From the NCBI GenBank assembly GCA_030141605.1, contig JAQGDQ010001036.1, forward strand, positions 1 to 64,000: a DNA stretch of 64,000 nucleotides, in the 5' to 3' direction. Below the pieces are notes generated by a model. The model was not told the origin of the DNA, did no database searches, and saw nothing but the letters and a program-made list of their open reading frames with translations. The stretch comes from Tubiluchus corallicola. Taxonomy: Eukaryota; Animalia; Priapulida. The position numbers and the translations under genes are program-made. Positions 35,443 to 50,200 of this stretch are shown here, in pieces. Numbering within the stretch: the first letter of the stretch is position 1; every line of letters begins with the position of its first letter.

Positions 35443-36766
35443 TAATGTAATTAAATTACACTAGCAAGTGCTACAACCATCACTATAAAGAACTTGACTG
35501 TGAAATGAAAAGGTGACAAACAAGTAAACAAAAATATCGTAAATAATAGATGGTTTGTCACAAATACATTTAATCATACAACTAATTTTCCATTCAATGC
35601 AAGTTAAACTAAATGTTAATAATTGTCTTTCAGAATAAGGAAACTTTTGGTCAACACGTTAAACTGGTGTTTCGTATCCATTTCAAATAGATTAATCGAA
35701 TTAATCGAGATTACAACCACGTATAAATCAATGTGATCGGCTATTGAACAGTAATTCAGTTAAGCAAATTTACTTGAAGGCAAAATATACGTGTTACACA
35801 CTGAGTGAAAGGCAGTGTTTTAGCACGAATAAACTGAATTCTTGCATTTTTTCTTCGTTTTTCTCAGCTTATACTATGCACACAATAGCAAACTGCGGCT
35901 TCTAATTCGCTTTCACGTGACGTGTGTGATAGAGTAGTGTCGTATAGTTGACATAGTCAGAGAGTAGTTCAGAGGTGTGCAAATTGCGGCCCGCGGGCCA
36001 CCTGTGGCCCACCGAGAGAATTTGTGCGGCCCGCGAAGAGATTTGTCAACCTAATGAAAGTGCGGCCCGGGCGATTAATTGAGTGTATTCAGCTGAAGTC
36101 CGTGCTAGGATCCCAAAGATAGTGCGGGTAGTTTTTTCTACTAGATCGTATGCCATTAACCCTTACAAGACGGTTGTAGCTTAATAACACTGTACTACAC
36201 AGACTATGTGATACACATTACTAATATGCATTGTAATGAATGTACCACTATCTGTCCTGAAAATAGAAATATATGGTTTGTAATATAAATTTTAATAACT
36301 TCTAAAATAGTTTCTTGAGTGTAGTAGTAATGATGTACGCGGGTCAGATGCAAAAAAATCATTATTAGGTCCTACTGTACTTGGCTCCTTGACCAAACTG
36401 CATGTGGCCCGCAGAAATTGCGGGAAAGTTTAATGTGGCCCGGCTAGTCAGATAATTTGCACACCCCTGGAGTAGTTAATGAATGTACGTGTCTGTAAAA
36501 ATAGTTTGCGAAAATGGCAGACAGTGACGAAACCATGAAGAAGTTTATGGGCTATATTTCAGTGCTGCAATGTTTGCAAAATATGCCTAAAAAACTAAAA
36601 TTACCACAGAAGATTAATTGTGATATCAAATTACAACAGCAAGATTGCAATCGAATTACAAAATTTCAAAATCGCCCATCATTAGCAACAGTCTTTGTAA
36701 AATTCTACAAAAAAATCTAGGTGCTCTCCCAAACACAAACCGTTCTTTCAAATATTTTTGACATAC

Positions 36767-39700
36767 CAAACCATTCCAGTAATCCCATCCCGGAGGAACG
36801 TGGGCAGTGCCACCTGTTGCCTTTTTTCCGTACTACAAAACATAATGGTACACCTTCAGTGCAGTTTGCAAGAAAAATGCTAAAATAAACAAGCGACAAA
36901 ACTATCTGTGATTATGGCATGGCAAGATATGATAGGCTAACCAGACTTAAAAGAAAACCAGATGATTGTGTAAACACGAGTTCAAAATAAAGAATGCTCT
37001 AAAATAATTGAAAACTACAACAGCTTACTTTAAATCAAAGCTCAGATTAAATAATAATTACCTCGGATACTCAAATTTCATTAAACTTTCAAAGCTACGT
37101 GCGGCTCAGTGAATCTACTAGGATCGGCAGCAGTGCCTTTTTGTCACGACAAATAGAAGGCGGTACCATAATAACCATGGTCATGAACTGCAGTGTTAGT
37201 TTCTGACGTCATATGATGTAAAGCCTATTTTTCGTGACATCAAACAGTACTGCAACACCTATGCTTGATGTGCTTAGTGCGCAAAGAAAGATGCCCGCCA
37301 CTGCACAAACTGTGGTTAGTTTGTGACATAAGCAAAAGCTGTTGCCATTAATTAACTATCTAAGCTAATTATTCAAATATAAGGAACAATTGTTAACTTT
37401 TATAGGCAAGAAAATGTATATTTTGGACAGTAAATTAAAATGAGATTGAGTCTAAACAGTCGTCCGGTTTTCCTTTAAAGGTTATCACATGTAAATGCAA
37501 AGACTTCTTTAAATATTTTATCAATCATATTGTTCTTTCATTAATCTTTTCTCTATTTTTACCATATTTCGTCTTTACGAATCAAAGATGATGAAGATGT
37601 TAAAGAAATAACAGACGCCATGAGTCTTTTTGAAAACTCCTGCGATCCCGTCAACTGTTAACGTTAAAGGAAAACCGGATGATTGTGTAAACATTAGTTC
37701 AGAATAGAGTGCTCTAAAATATTGAAAACTACAATAGCTTTTTTATATTAATGACTTTCTTATATCAATATATTATATCAATGACTTTCTTATATCAATA
37801 TATATATATATATCAATATATTATATCAATATACTCAAATTTCTTTAAACTTTCAAAGCTACGCTCGGCTCAGCGAATCTACTAAGATTGGCAGCGGCGC
37901 CTTTTTGTCACATGCGCGTTGCCGACAAATAGAAGGCGGTACCGTGATAACCATGATCATTAACTGCAGTGTTAGTTTCTGACGTCATATGACATAGAGC
38001 GCATTTTCGTGACATCACACGTTTAAGCAGAATCATATATGCAAACGTGTTTGGCGCGCAAGGGAAGACGCCTGCCATTGCACAAACTGTGATTAGTTTC
38101 TGACGTAAGCAATAGCTGTGTTCGGTTGCTGTTAATTATTCAAATATAAGATTACTAACTTTTAGAGGCAAGAAAACGTATATTTTGGACAGTAATTTAA
38201 AACGAGATCGAGTCTAAACATTCATCCGGTTTTCCTTTATATTACCACAAAGAGCACAATCACTGACTCAGCAACAATTATTAGACTTGTCAATAAAGAA
38301 AGACACGAGACAGGTGCATTTTAAGAGAAAGTTCTGGCACATTCAACAAATGCTAACATTTATTCGAACTTTCTCAATTTCTAACATGGTGCCTACCTGA
38401 TTAAGATATTTTCCCGCAAAGAAGGTGGTATAACCTTGCTCGTGTAGATTTGTAGCAATCGTGTTTTTCTCTGGACCATCTTGCCAAGCTTTGCTACTAC
38501 AGTTTCCGGAGACGGAATTATTGCGGATTCCAGTGTTGTGAGCATAGTTACCAGTGAGTATCGAACCTCGACTCGGACAGCATATGGGTGTCGCTGCAAA
38601 CTGATTACCAAGTTTATTATTAAAGCACAAGAAAACCCTCCACTTACATAAAGCTTGAAAATTCATCTCGAAACTTTATACCACTTACATACTTCTTTTT
38701 CATATGCATGGCTTGCATCGTCCGTAATGCCGTAACACTGTAAACTTAAACTCAAGATGACCGTTAGGCGCAGCCATTTTAATGGTATGTCGTTTGAAAC
38801 AAGTTTTTTATAAAATTATGTAAAGTTTGAAAAAATAATCAGAGCATTCGTAGCATACATGTTGCTAATTGGGTAAAATTTTAAATTACTGTATCTTGTC
38901 AATAAGATTAAAACTGCGTTTTTGGCTAGTGAGTGGCGCACCCTGGAGGGTGAATCAGTGACATTTTACCAATTGGCACAAACATTTTAAATTATTAGTC
39001 TAGTTACATAAGTCTTTGCAGCAGGTAAGTGAAATGCTAAGTAATATAGATTTGTACCGAAAGCTCTGGGTCATAATTTAACATTGCCTTTTCTTCCCCT
39101 GATTTACGTGGCGTAGTGACGTGATGTAATGCGCCATCGGACAATTCCCTTCAATGCGAATACAATGTGTGTATAAAATTGCTGTAAAGTAGTATAATTT
39201 TTTACTGCAATTTTTCTGAAACCTACTTCAGGTGCCCCTTTTCTTGTCCTTTAATTACTTAAAGGGGAAGAAAAAGCTATTTTAAGCAATTTCTCAAAAA
39301 AAATTTCTATACAAAGTTCTACGCTTAGCTGCTTGAAAGATTTATGTAACTGCAAAAGAAAACTTTTAATAATTTAAAAAGTTTGTGCCAACTAGTAAAA
39401 TGTCTCAGTTTCACCATTTCAGTGTACATCAGAAAGCATCAATGGCTTAATACTCCTATGCAAAAGTATATAAAAACTGTCTGCTATTGACTCAAATAAC
39501 TCCACACAATTGATTCTATATTTTTATACATAGAGATATACACGTAGTTACACTGATGTACGTGATGTAAACAAAGTGACAGCCTGCCAACTAGCGGTCA
39601 GCTTGTGAAATAATGTACTGGGTCCGTAAAAATTTTCTCAACAAATTCACGCGATTTACAAAAATGTGTTCCAAAAACTCGGAATTTCGCGTATCCGCGG

Positions 39701-42700
39701 AAAATTCTCATCTCAGGGCTGAAGGCCTGTATATATGACAGGTTACTGATCAGTACCAAGAAAAAACATCCCTCACAAATTCCATAACCAGCAGCGAAAA
39801 GCTAAACTAATGTTTAGAAAAGCGGATATACTTTATATACTGTAAGTGATCACTTGTACCGACTTTGTGAGTTAAATTATGACCAACTTATTTTGGAACA
39901 TACCATATTAGTAAATGTCATCCCTGCATCTCCGATTAGATGTTTGGTCTTTGGCATTGGATCCTGAAAGAAAAGCAAATATTTTTTCTTGTGCACTAAC
40001 AACTAACGATAGTGTTACACATAATATGCTCCGCATTTTAGACATTTAGACATTTTAATTAGACATTTTATTAAGGAAACAAACAATGACACCAATAAAC
40101 AGAAGAGCTTACAAAATGAATAACATACTAGCCTATCACACCTAAAGACTTTTCAATGGCCAATATTTTGCTGTCTTACCTTACTACCACTTTGTTTATA
40201 CATTACTCAAATTACTCATCTTTGGTTATTACTAGCGTTGCTCCGGATATCCGATTCGTATCCGAAAATGGTGATTTTCACGAGATTGTGCAGTGTACTC
40301 TTATCTGATGTTACCCAGTTATTTATAAATATTTGATATTTGCAAATATTGGCTATCAGGTTTTCGTAATTGTTGTGTTTTGTTTCTCGCGGAAGGCTCG
40401 TAGAGAAAACCAGAAAACACTTCGCCAAATTAAACTAGTTTATTAAGCGAGAATTCTACAATACAAAAGTATGAAGGAACACGAAATGATTACAGTAAAC
40501 GTGAAAATCTGGAAAACGCTTAAGTGTATCTGAAAATGTAGGTATACAGGAGAATGTGTAAGTGTGTGTCCGTGTGAATCAGCGTGTGTCTGTCTCAGCG
40601 GCCTGCTTCGCCATATATAGGGTGCCAGGGAACATTCTAGACGTTTCTTTCTAGAACATTCTACAAGGTAAGACGATTATTCTAATGGAACATTCTACAA
40701 TGTTCTATTTAATTCTACTAGATGGCAGCGATCTCCACAACAATAATGTGCAATTAAAAGCGGTTTCGAATAATTTTACAGCCGAAAATAAATAAATAAT
40801 AAAAAACTTAGAGATCGTTTTAGCCTACGTTTGTGTTTTTGGGCATACGTTTTATAAGAAAATTTTACACACATCTTTTTTTGTTTGTGTGTTACAATAT
40901 GGTGTACCTTCGGACAGGGACCTTTTAGATAATCTTGTTGTTGTTGGCATCCTTCTGTCTCGGAAGACAATGGAATGTGCGCCAAGAGAGTCCGATCCTT
41001 GAACGTCTCCAGGACGCACGCCTGGGCAAGGTGTATGGAGATCCTGAGTTGCCCAGACCGCAGAAACCCCGACTCTTCCTCCCTGGTGTAGTCCAAAGGA
41101 AAGCGGAGCGATACGTTTGGCACCAGGTTGGCTGCAGGAGCTGCCGGAGTCAGTGAGCATGCTGCACTGGTCTGCTTTCGGGGTTCCACTCCTGATTTGG
41201 AAGGTTTACTCCTCTACACATGGCTGTTGGGTCACTTGACCTCCTCCGCCTTCTAGCCGTTGGCTGCTTGTACAGCTCCTTCGCCTAATGTAGAGATACA
41301 GTGTGGGCATCCCGCAAGCCTACAGCACCTGGTATTCCTAGGCGGAAAACCCATCCAAGCACTAACCAGGCTCTACGTTGCTTAACTTCGGTGATCAGAC
41401 GAGAACTGGTGTTTTCAACGTGATTTGTCGCATTGACTTATGACTTATCGCTCCGCTTTCCTTTGGACTACACCAGCGAGGAAGACAGGGGGTTCCTGCT
41501 GTCTGGGCAACTCAGGATCTCCATACACCTTGCCCAGGCGTGCGTCCTGGAGACGCTCAAGGATCGCACTGCTCAGCCACAGTCGAAGCTGCAGCTCCAT
41601 CAATGTGATCAATAACTAACTCTCTTGGCGCACACACCATTGTCTTCTGAGACAGAAGGATGCCATCTAACCAACAACTTAATTGATCATCTACAGTGCA
41701 TCCATGTCCCAATGTTCATGAGCTGCTGTGAATGCTTACTGCGTGTGTTTTAGACAGCTCCAGTTAAGGTAAATGATGCTGAATGCATTATGCACAATAT
41801 TACTGCATTTACAGCCACCTATCCACACTACAGGAAAAGAAGATTTTATTGATTCTGTCTCCTGATTTTACTGTTCAGTGCAGACCCAGCAACATGCATT
41901 CAGCAAGCTAGCAAATTTTGGCACCTGGCTCAAATAAGTTACCATGGTAATACTATCACGAAACTTATGCACAACATGAATCGCACCAAATACACCCATA
42001 AAGACACCAAGAAGTGCCTTACCAAATAGTCGTAAGCTTTTTACCAGAACCGTGAAAAAGTCGATGTTTTCGAGAGACATGATTTTTTAATTATTTGAAA
42101 AGTCCAGCACTATTAAGATGTTCAACTTGCAACAGCCTATGGAAGAAGACAACGACTGGCAACAGGTAGGTGTTGAGATATTGCCATCTTTGCAATACAT
42201 TCTTATTTAAATTACATTTGCTGCTCTGACTTTGTTTAGTTGCTGCTTGGTTGTGCTTGTACTTTTGTTGTAGACCTACTGCCGATTCCATTTATTTTCA
42301 GTTAGGCCTAGTGCAGTTCCGATTGGGCCTACTATGGTTTAGGTCGGGAAATTTGAAAAAGTCGGATTTATAATCATTTTTTTATTCTGTACAACCTTAA
42401 CTGTCTTTGTGGTGTCATGCAATTTTACCAAAATAACTAACTGATGCTGACAGTTTTTATTCTGGACAATCGTTAGTCTTTGGTGTGTCATGCATTTTTG
42501 TCAAAATAAAGTGATAATTATGTCAACTAGTGCGAGTAGGATTGTGCATAATTACTTACCATCCCACCTAGCGTCACATCTTGATCGTCGGTCACAATCA
42601 GTATGATGTTCGGTGGTTTGTTTGCAAAAATGTCGTCTTCGTAATAACTATTTGATGAACCCATTGAAGCTGTAATTATAATAAAACTATAAACAAAATG

Positions 42701-42736
42701 TTTAACAAAAATACTCCCCCCACTGGTCGCTGCCAT
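36767..42736 (-). CDS. GNS: GNS 5' fragment, mirror copy (exons 1-4)
   Basis: Exons 42560-42736, 39904-39963, 38397-38600, 36767-36832; reverse complement of the left copy and equally truncated. Confidence 0.87.
40935..41437 (-). mobile_element. 5S-headed SINE, mirror copy
   Basis: Reverse complement of 27064-27566. Confidence 0.85.
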
Positions 42737-45700
42737 TTTTATGTAGTGTATGACGATATTTAGCCACAAGTCGACGCATCGTTACTTACACACGACGCAC
42801 TACTTTCAACTGTGCGTCGTAAGTAATGACATTAAATTTTCGTAAAGTTTAAAAAAATAATCAGAGAATTCATGGCACAATCTTCGCCAACTATGCAAAT
42901 GTATAATTTTTCTATACTGTTATTAAGATCAGTAATGTGTTCTGGTAAATCAATTGTATATCCCTGGGATGGTAATACAGAGCCGTTTTGCTAGCAGTTC
43001 AAACATCTTAAGTTATCGAGAATTTTCTCTTCCAATTACATAAGACTTTCAAAAAGGAAAAGCATAATGCTAAGTAATATTACTTTATAGTTTCTAAGCC
43101 ACTGGTTTCTGGATTTTTTCCAGTTTTAGCTTATTTTCTGCTACGTTCATGTTGTACATACATACTAGCAAGCTTCTCTATATTGTCTGTCAAACTGCTT
43201 GGTGCTTTACTTTTTAATACTTTCTTTGCATCCCTATCAATCATTTGATGACAAATATAAAGTTCGTAGTGACAGCAACTGTTTATAAATTAATGCGCCT
43301 GTTGTTTCATTGGCAATTTTCCACAAATCAATAGTAACTTGCACTCGTTCTTTGTTTCAAATTCCACGCATAATTTCCTTTTGCCAAGATTCTATTTTTT
43401 GCCATTAATTTTCACTTAGTGTTCCCCATACTTCAATATTTGTTCATAAAATAGGAATAGTCATTGTTTCGCAAACTAATAATCCATTATTTTTCGACGT
43501 ACTGATCTCCTACTGAGCTTCTATCACTCCGACTTATAATTCCCCTTTTCGCGTAACCAGTTTTCTCACTTCTTTTTCCATACTCATGTTCTAGTTCCTT
43601 TTTATGTGAGGTAATCACCTAATACATGTACTTATAGTGATCTACATTTTTAGTTGTTATTTTTTTACATGTAATTGTTTTACAATTCTGGACTTTTCTG
43701 CACTAAACTAAAAGTAATTCTTTCTTCTTGTACAGCTCTTTCATGATTGCTTTTGTTATTGTTTCCACTGTTCCCGTATTCAATATGATATTATCATCTA
43801 CAATGATTCGACTACCGATGCTTACACCACTCTTAACTGTACTGCACCCCTTTCACTTATTATTGTTTGCTGTTTATTTTATCAGTTCAAGAGAGACACA
43901 TTGGGCCTACACTGTAACCTTTTTACTGTTTCTGCAACCTTAAACTACCTTATCTAAAGAAATAAAGACCTATATGGTAACTATCTGTAAACAGTCCTCT
44001 CTCATATGCCTTTTGAAGCTGTCAACTGATGAAGCACTTATGGTTGATGATGAAAGATGATTCCATGATTGAACTACATGGCGCCCAAAGAAGTGTGATC
44101 TGACGTTGGTTCCTGCTGGTTGCATATAATACTAGCTTAGACTCATGGCCACGAAGTACTCTGTGAGGCCTGGAAAAAAGACTGTCTCAGTCAGAACAGT
44201 ATTTCCGCTGCTAATTTTGAAGCAGTTCACAAGGTCTTAGGTCAGCAGTCTCATGCTTTTGCTCGAGAATAGAAATAAAGGTGGGATCCAGATCAATAAA
44301 CTTTTACATTATTCCAACTGGTGAGGCAATTTTCACTGTAGCCTTTTTATAATTAAATTTAAATCATTTTCTTGTACTCTCATTTGCCATAAATCTATCA
44401 AACAATCTCGTAGCCATAGCTTATCAAAACTTTTCATTCCATTTGCAGATAAAAGTTTTGCTTGTTTTTATAATAATTGCAAATCTGTATAAAGTTTGTA
44501 ATTATAATACTTGTACAAACAGATGTGTGAGCAATGGGCATAAGTAAGTAGAACTAATCGGCGTGTGTCTGGGTTTCCAAAATTTCAACTTTTTCAACTT
44601 TTAATTCTCAGAAAGGCTGGTCAGCCAGGTACATCAGCTGCTCGAGCTGCAGCAAGTAAAGCAAGTCCAGATTCCGGCGAAGCTTTCAAGGTGTTAGCAG
44701 CTAGTCTGTCACGTTTCTATCGTTTATTATTAAAATTTTTGTTTTCATGATACGCGTGGCTCGCCGTGAAGAAGCGTTGTAATTACTCGAGCATTCGTGG
44801 CTGCAGCTGTAGGCTAATCGTAAGCCGATACTATACACGTTAAAGACTGAATGAATGTCAGTGATTGTTGCTGGAATTTGTGGATCCCTTTTTGTTTTGC
44901 TTTCGGTTCGTGTTGTTAGTTGTTATCATTGATGTTGTGGTTTTACTAGAATATGTAGGACTGGAACTCAAGATAATTGACCTGTGTTTGCCTTGGCGGT
45001 TAGTGTATTAGTGTACACATCTGACTGCTATCCAAAATGCGGCTGAATCTTGATAAACTGTGTTTACCTACAGAAGGTGTTATAATGCATATAATGGGTG
45101 TTTTCTGGTTCTAGTGTCAGTTACAACCTCGAAAGCTCATTACATCTAAAACTACAGATATTAGGCATGTGGATTTCTATAATTAAAAAAAATCTCCCAC
45201 CAAGATAGGTAAACAAAGCAGTAAACTGGACATCAAAAAAATTGACTAGCGTGCCAGTGATCAGTTTGATAATTATAAATATTAATTAAAATGGACAGTA
45301 TAGCAAACTAGTAGTAGTACATCTTTCAGAATATGAAACTTTCATGCTTACCAACGTTTATGAGGTTTCCATTTGTCTTGCGTGACCCTGTTACACTGTT
45401 TTTATACTATTTAATTTTGTTGCTGTAAATCCACTATTTCCTAGATTGACTAAAACTGTGTTGTACGTTTAACTGAAGATTGGAAAGTATTGTGTCATAA
45501 TTTCTAATAACTACTAGGCCTATGCTGTTATAGCTACATTTGAATAAAACATGCGGCAGGTTGTCAGTTATATCTGCAGGTCCTACACCATAGCCTACAT
45601 GTTTTGTCTAACCTTGAGGTAGTTTTAGCTCTTCTTTACAAGTTACACGTAAAATATCATTTGGTGCAAAACATGTGCCGAATTTTTATCATGATATTAT

Positions 45701-47141
45701 AAGATGAAAATGCTGGATGTGTGTAAGAATTACCACACACTGATGCTGCACTTGCATATATAAATACCAAAAGCTTCCTTAGATTTTTCTAAAGATACAG
45801 AAGATTTTGAACAACAAGTGAAAAAATAAATACCGGGAAGGTTTTTGTGTGTCACAATTAAATTTACAGCAATTAAATTTTCAATTCACCTAAATGAACG
45901 CACTCGTGCTTTTGCCAAATTTGCTGTAATCATTTATTTTTTTCGTGAGAAATAGTTTTTTATTTTTTTATTTATTATTATTATCACATTCAGTACACTA
46001 TAGTGACATTAAACACACAGTGACATCAAAATTATTACATCATACTGTATTAAATTGTTATCTTTCATACACTATCGTTATCATAAAAGAATAATTGTAC
46101 TGCAGTAGGGCTAGAGAAGCAAAGGCTTGTATAAGCCCACTGTCATGTAAACACGATAAAAAAAGAATGGATGAGTGAACAAAAAAAAGAACTGGGAGAA
46201 AGGTTAGACCACACAGGAAGGGTAGAAGGATGTGTTAGTGGAAATGGTAGGAAGAAAGATAATAGATTGTGCTATGTTGACATCAGCTCTAAAGATTTAT
46301 CAATGATGCCTTGTTTTGCATAATCTGTACCAGGATTGTGGTATGATTGCTGCAGTAGGTGTGGGAAATTAGGAAGTGTTGTACTTGTTGAGAATCATTG
46401 CTCTGTATTTCTTTTTAAATTTTTGAATTATATGTCAAATCCTGTTTGGGCTTTCAAAAGCCAAATAGAAATTCAAAGCCTCGATTAAATTTTGCTCTTT
46501 ATTACCCAAAACATGTCATTCCATCTAAACATAATAAGAAATTAGTGCCAACAAATAACAAATAAAAAATAACAATAGCCAAAAGTCAATTTTACATAAT
46601 TAAGAGTTATACACTGCACTGTCGTATTAATTAATACCTAGCCATTATTTTAAACTAAATTTAAGTTTTTTAAAGTAATTAGAGGATATACATGTGTTAT
46701 TAGCCCCAGATCATGAGCAATTGTAAACAGATAACGACAATATCATATAACTTATCATGACACGTCTTCACTTCACAGTAGGCCTCTGACGCAGATCAAA
46801 GTGATCACGTGATTAGGCCAAAAATCACTACAAGGTGGCCAAAGTCGACAACAAGCGAAGGCTGCTAAGTACGCTAATGCAAGATTTCCAGTACAAATGC
46901 ATGTATGAGAACATTATCTGGTTATGTATTTGTGTTATATATGTGCTGTTTATGTATTATGTTGACTAACGTGTTAGGATGTAACTATAAGGTTTTGTGC
47001 GGTTTAATTTGAACTGTGTATATTGGGTGGAAAATATGCCTATTTTTATTTAAATGTTTGACAAAAAAAACATTTTATTCATAGTAGACTATTGTATTTC
47101 ACTACCTGTTACACCGTCCATCGATATCCGTTGAAGACATC

Positions 47142-47240
47142 ATGGCCACCGGGGAACAGACTGGCGTTGAACTGATTAGAAAAGATTTGTGTGATGAAGA
47201 GCTACACATTCCTCATGTATTCGTGATCATGGGCGCGTCG
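47142..47240 (+). CDS. G6PD: G6PD coding exon 1 (right copy)
   Basis: Mirror of 21261-21359. Confidence 0.88.
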
Positions 47241-50200
47241 GTGAGTTTTCGTAGCTCTTAATTGCATTTCCAATACTCTGCACAGTTTTGCAAAATGAAC
47301 TATGGTAGGCGCCGCTTAACAGACTGGCTTTGGGATGGAAGTATTTTGACCCAGTTAACCGAGTGAACCTATTAACCCGACAGAAGTAGCATTATTAGTA
47401 TAGAAGTGTGAAACATCAGCTTTGTACAGGGATGAGAATTTTTTGCGGATATGCGGAATTCCGAGTTTTTGGAAGACCAGTAGTGCCATTTTTGTAAACC
47501 GCGCAAATTTGTTGAGAAAATTTTTACAGACCCAGTACATTATTTCACAAGCTGACCGCTAGTTGGCAGGCCGTCACTTAGTTTACATCACGTACATCAA
47601 TGTAACCACGTGTATATCTCTGCGTATAAAAATATGGAATCACTTGTGTGGAGTTATTTGAGTCAATTGCAGACAGTTTTTATATACTTTTGCATAGGTG
47701 CAGCCAGTACTTAGGCATTTTTGACACAATTAGGTATCATGTATCCTTGATAGTTGGGTATTTTAAATTATGCATGAAACAAGGTAATTGATATTTTAAG
47801 TCCACTTAGAGGTTCTCTACGGTCACAAAATTGTAATTTGTTGCTGGCTCCCCTTGAACCCCCATGTTGAATACATGTACTTTAATTAGCGGGCAACAAA
47901 ATAAGGTCAATCTTGATTAAACTAAAAATAGCATTTAGATTTCATGCCAAAGCTTACTTTGTTTTGAAGTCACTAGTCTAGCATTATATTATGTTACTAA
48001 CTTATAAAGGCGTTTTGAGCAACTGATTAAATTATTTAACAGCAAAGAGTTTTGTGTTACCATTCCCTGTGTGTAGCAGTGACCAATTTCACTAACAATT
48101 GCTGTCAAAATCTTTCCAGCCGTCATTTTCAGGTTCTTCAGTGAATAAACAAGAGCCAATAGCTTCACTAATCTCTATACTGAACGTTGCTGCCTAGCTG
48201 TACCTAGTGAATCATGAGTCAGCAGTTTTTTTTCTTTACACAGCTAGCAAGCCTTGACCAGGGGGCAGACCTAGTTTTGATGCTATCAGTTTTCTCTAAA
48301 TGAATTACAGCTGTAGTAATGCTGGGCTGTAGATCTAAATTTGCCATACTTGTTCATTCTTGTTGCTAATAATTACCCAGGGCAGAATTATCCAGGGTAG
48401 TATAGACTGCATCATAAAACCCCTCAAGCTTGCCCCCCCCCTCCGGGATTTGGTAATACTTTGTAAAAAATCTGTTTTTCACATCAACTGTGTTGAAATA
48501 TGTGCTAATCTTGTTTGCAATGAATAGTAAAATAGTGGTATTTGGTAAAGAATGTTTTTATCGACAAACAAAAGATGGTTATTCTAGTTTATTTAAAGAA
48601 TTTGCAATAATTTAATTTAAGCTGTGTAAATGTCGCTTAAAATACATCACGAGTAAAAAATATTTAAGATACGTGTGGGCGAGTTAGAGGGTGGTTCCTT
48701 CTGAGGCCCCCTCATGATCTTGTCTATGAACTACTATGAACTATGAATTTTATTTCACACATCAAAAATATAATATCAAACACATTAATAAACTTTAAGT
48801 AAAATAATTTGAGTAGTGCGAGGAGAGTGTACGACCATACGGTCATTAGGTCAGGGCAGGTTAACACACTCATCTTACTTAAATGAAAAAATGATTATAG
48901 TTATGCATGCTTCTGTAGATAACTTAATGTAAATAAGGATGAAGTAAATGATGTAATAATAGCAATGGTATAAGAGCAATAAACCTGAAAGTTGAGAAAG
49001 GAAAACATAATATGTAATTACGACTTTGAGTGACCCTTAAAGAGTGAATTTTTTTTAAATAGTTACGAATATGAATTACGTGATTATCTGTCAATGCACC
49101 ACTTACTTGTATTACAATGTACCATATTGCTTACTTGTATATACAATGATATACATATACACATATATGTACCCAAATTTAAGTGGGGGAGAAGAGATTA
49201 AATTATACACTATACTTGTAGTAATAACTATAATTGTATAGAACATTTAAATATAATTGATGGTAGTAATGTAGCCATCATAACAAGTTTCCTGAATGGT
49301 CCTGAATAAGTTGCTTTACATAAAAACTGATAATGTTTAAATCTTTAGTGATTTGGCTTGGAAAACTATGGCTCATTCTTGCTAATACTGTAGCTACTTT
49401 ATACATGTCTTCTGAAACTGTGACATTGTTCTAAAGTAAAATTCAAATTTCTTTGATAATGACATAGAAGTACAGTCCCTTTGTGCACGTTTCCTGCATG
49501 TTTTACCGGAAGGTCATTCTTTATCATTTCAGGGTGACTTGGCCAAGAAGAAAATTTATCCAACATTATGGTAAGTTACAGTTGCATGATCCCCGTAATA
49601 AGTGACCCTCGGTCAGTACTAGAAAGCTTAAACATGAGCTTACATTCTGCTCAGTTCTGTTTGCATGTATGACCATTAAGTGGTTGTAACCTGAAAAAAT
49701 GGACAATTGGGATACTGGAGGTGGCTTAACCTTTAACCGACCACGGTGGGGTAAAAATACCTCGGGAGTGTTAGCTCTCATTTTTATTTTGATGCAGACT
49801 ATGAGAAATTTGCAAACTAGTAGTGAACAAATATTTTTCAGTTTCTTATGCAACCATACCTTGGTTTTGTTGAAAAGTATTATTCACGCCTTTTCGCAAA
49901 GCACGGGTGCCAGATACGACCTGACACGGGGTAACTTACTACCCCATAGGTCTTTTATGTAGGCAAAATTTTGGAATTTACTTTGCAGTGTTTTTCTTTC
50001 TGTCAACACCATGTGTGTTTACTTTTACTGAGAAGTGCTGCAAACCTCCAATTCGGCTTGCAGTTCTGCAAACAGATTTTTCTAACGATCTGTTGAGAAA
50101 ATTTCATACTAAAGTTTGTGGACATTCTTCGTTTAGTAATATAGTGGCAACTTTAACTGTACAGGTGATTAAGTTTGAAGCTGATGAAGATGAAATTTGA

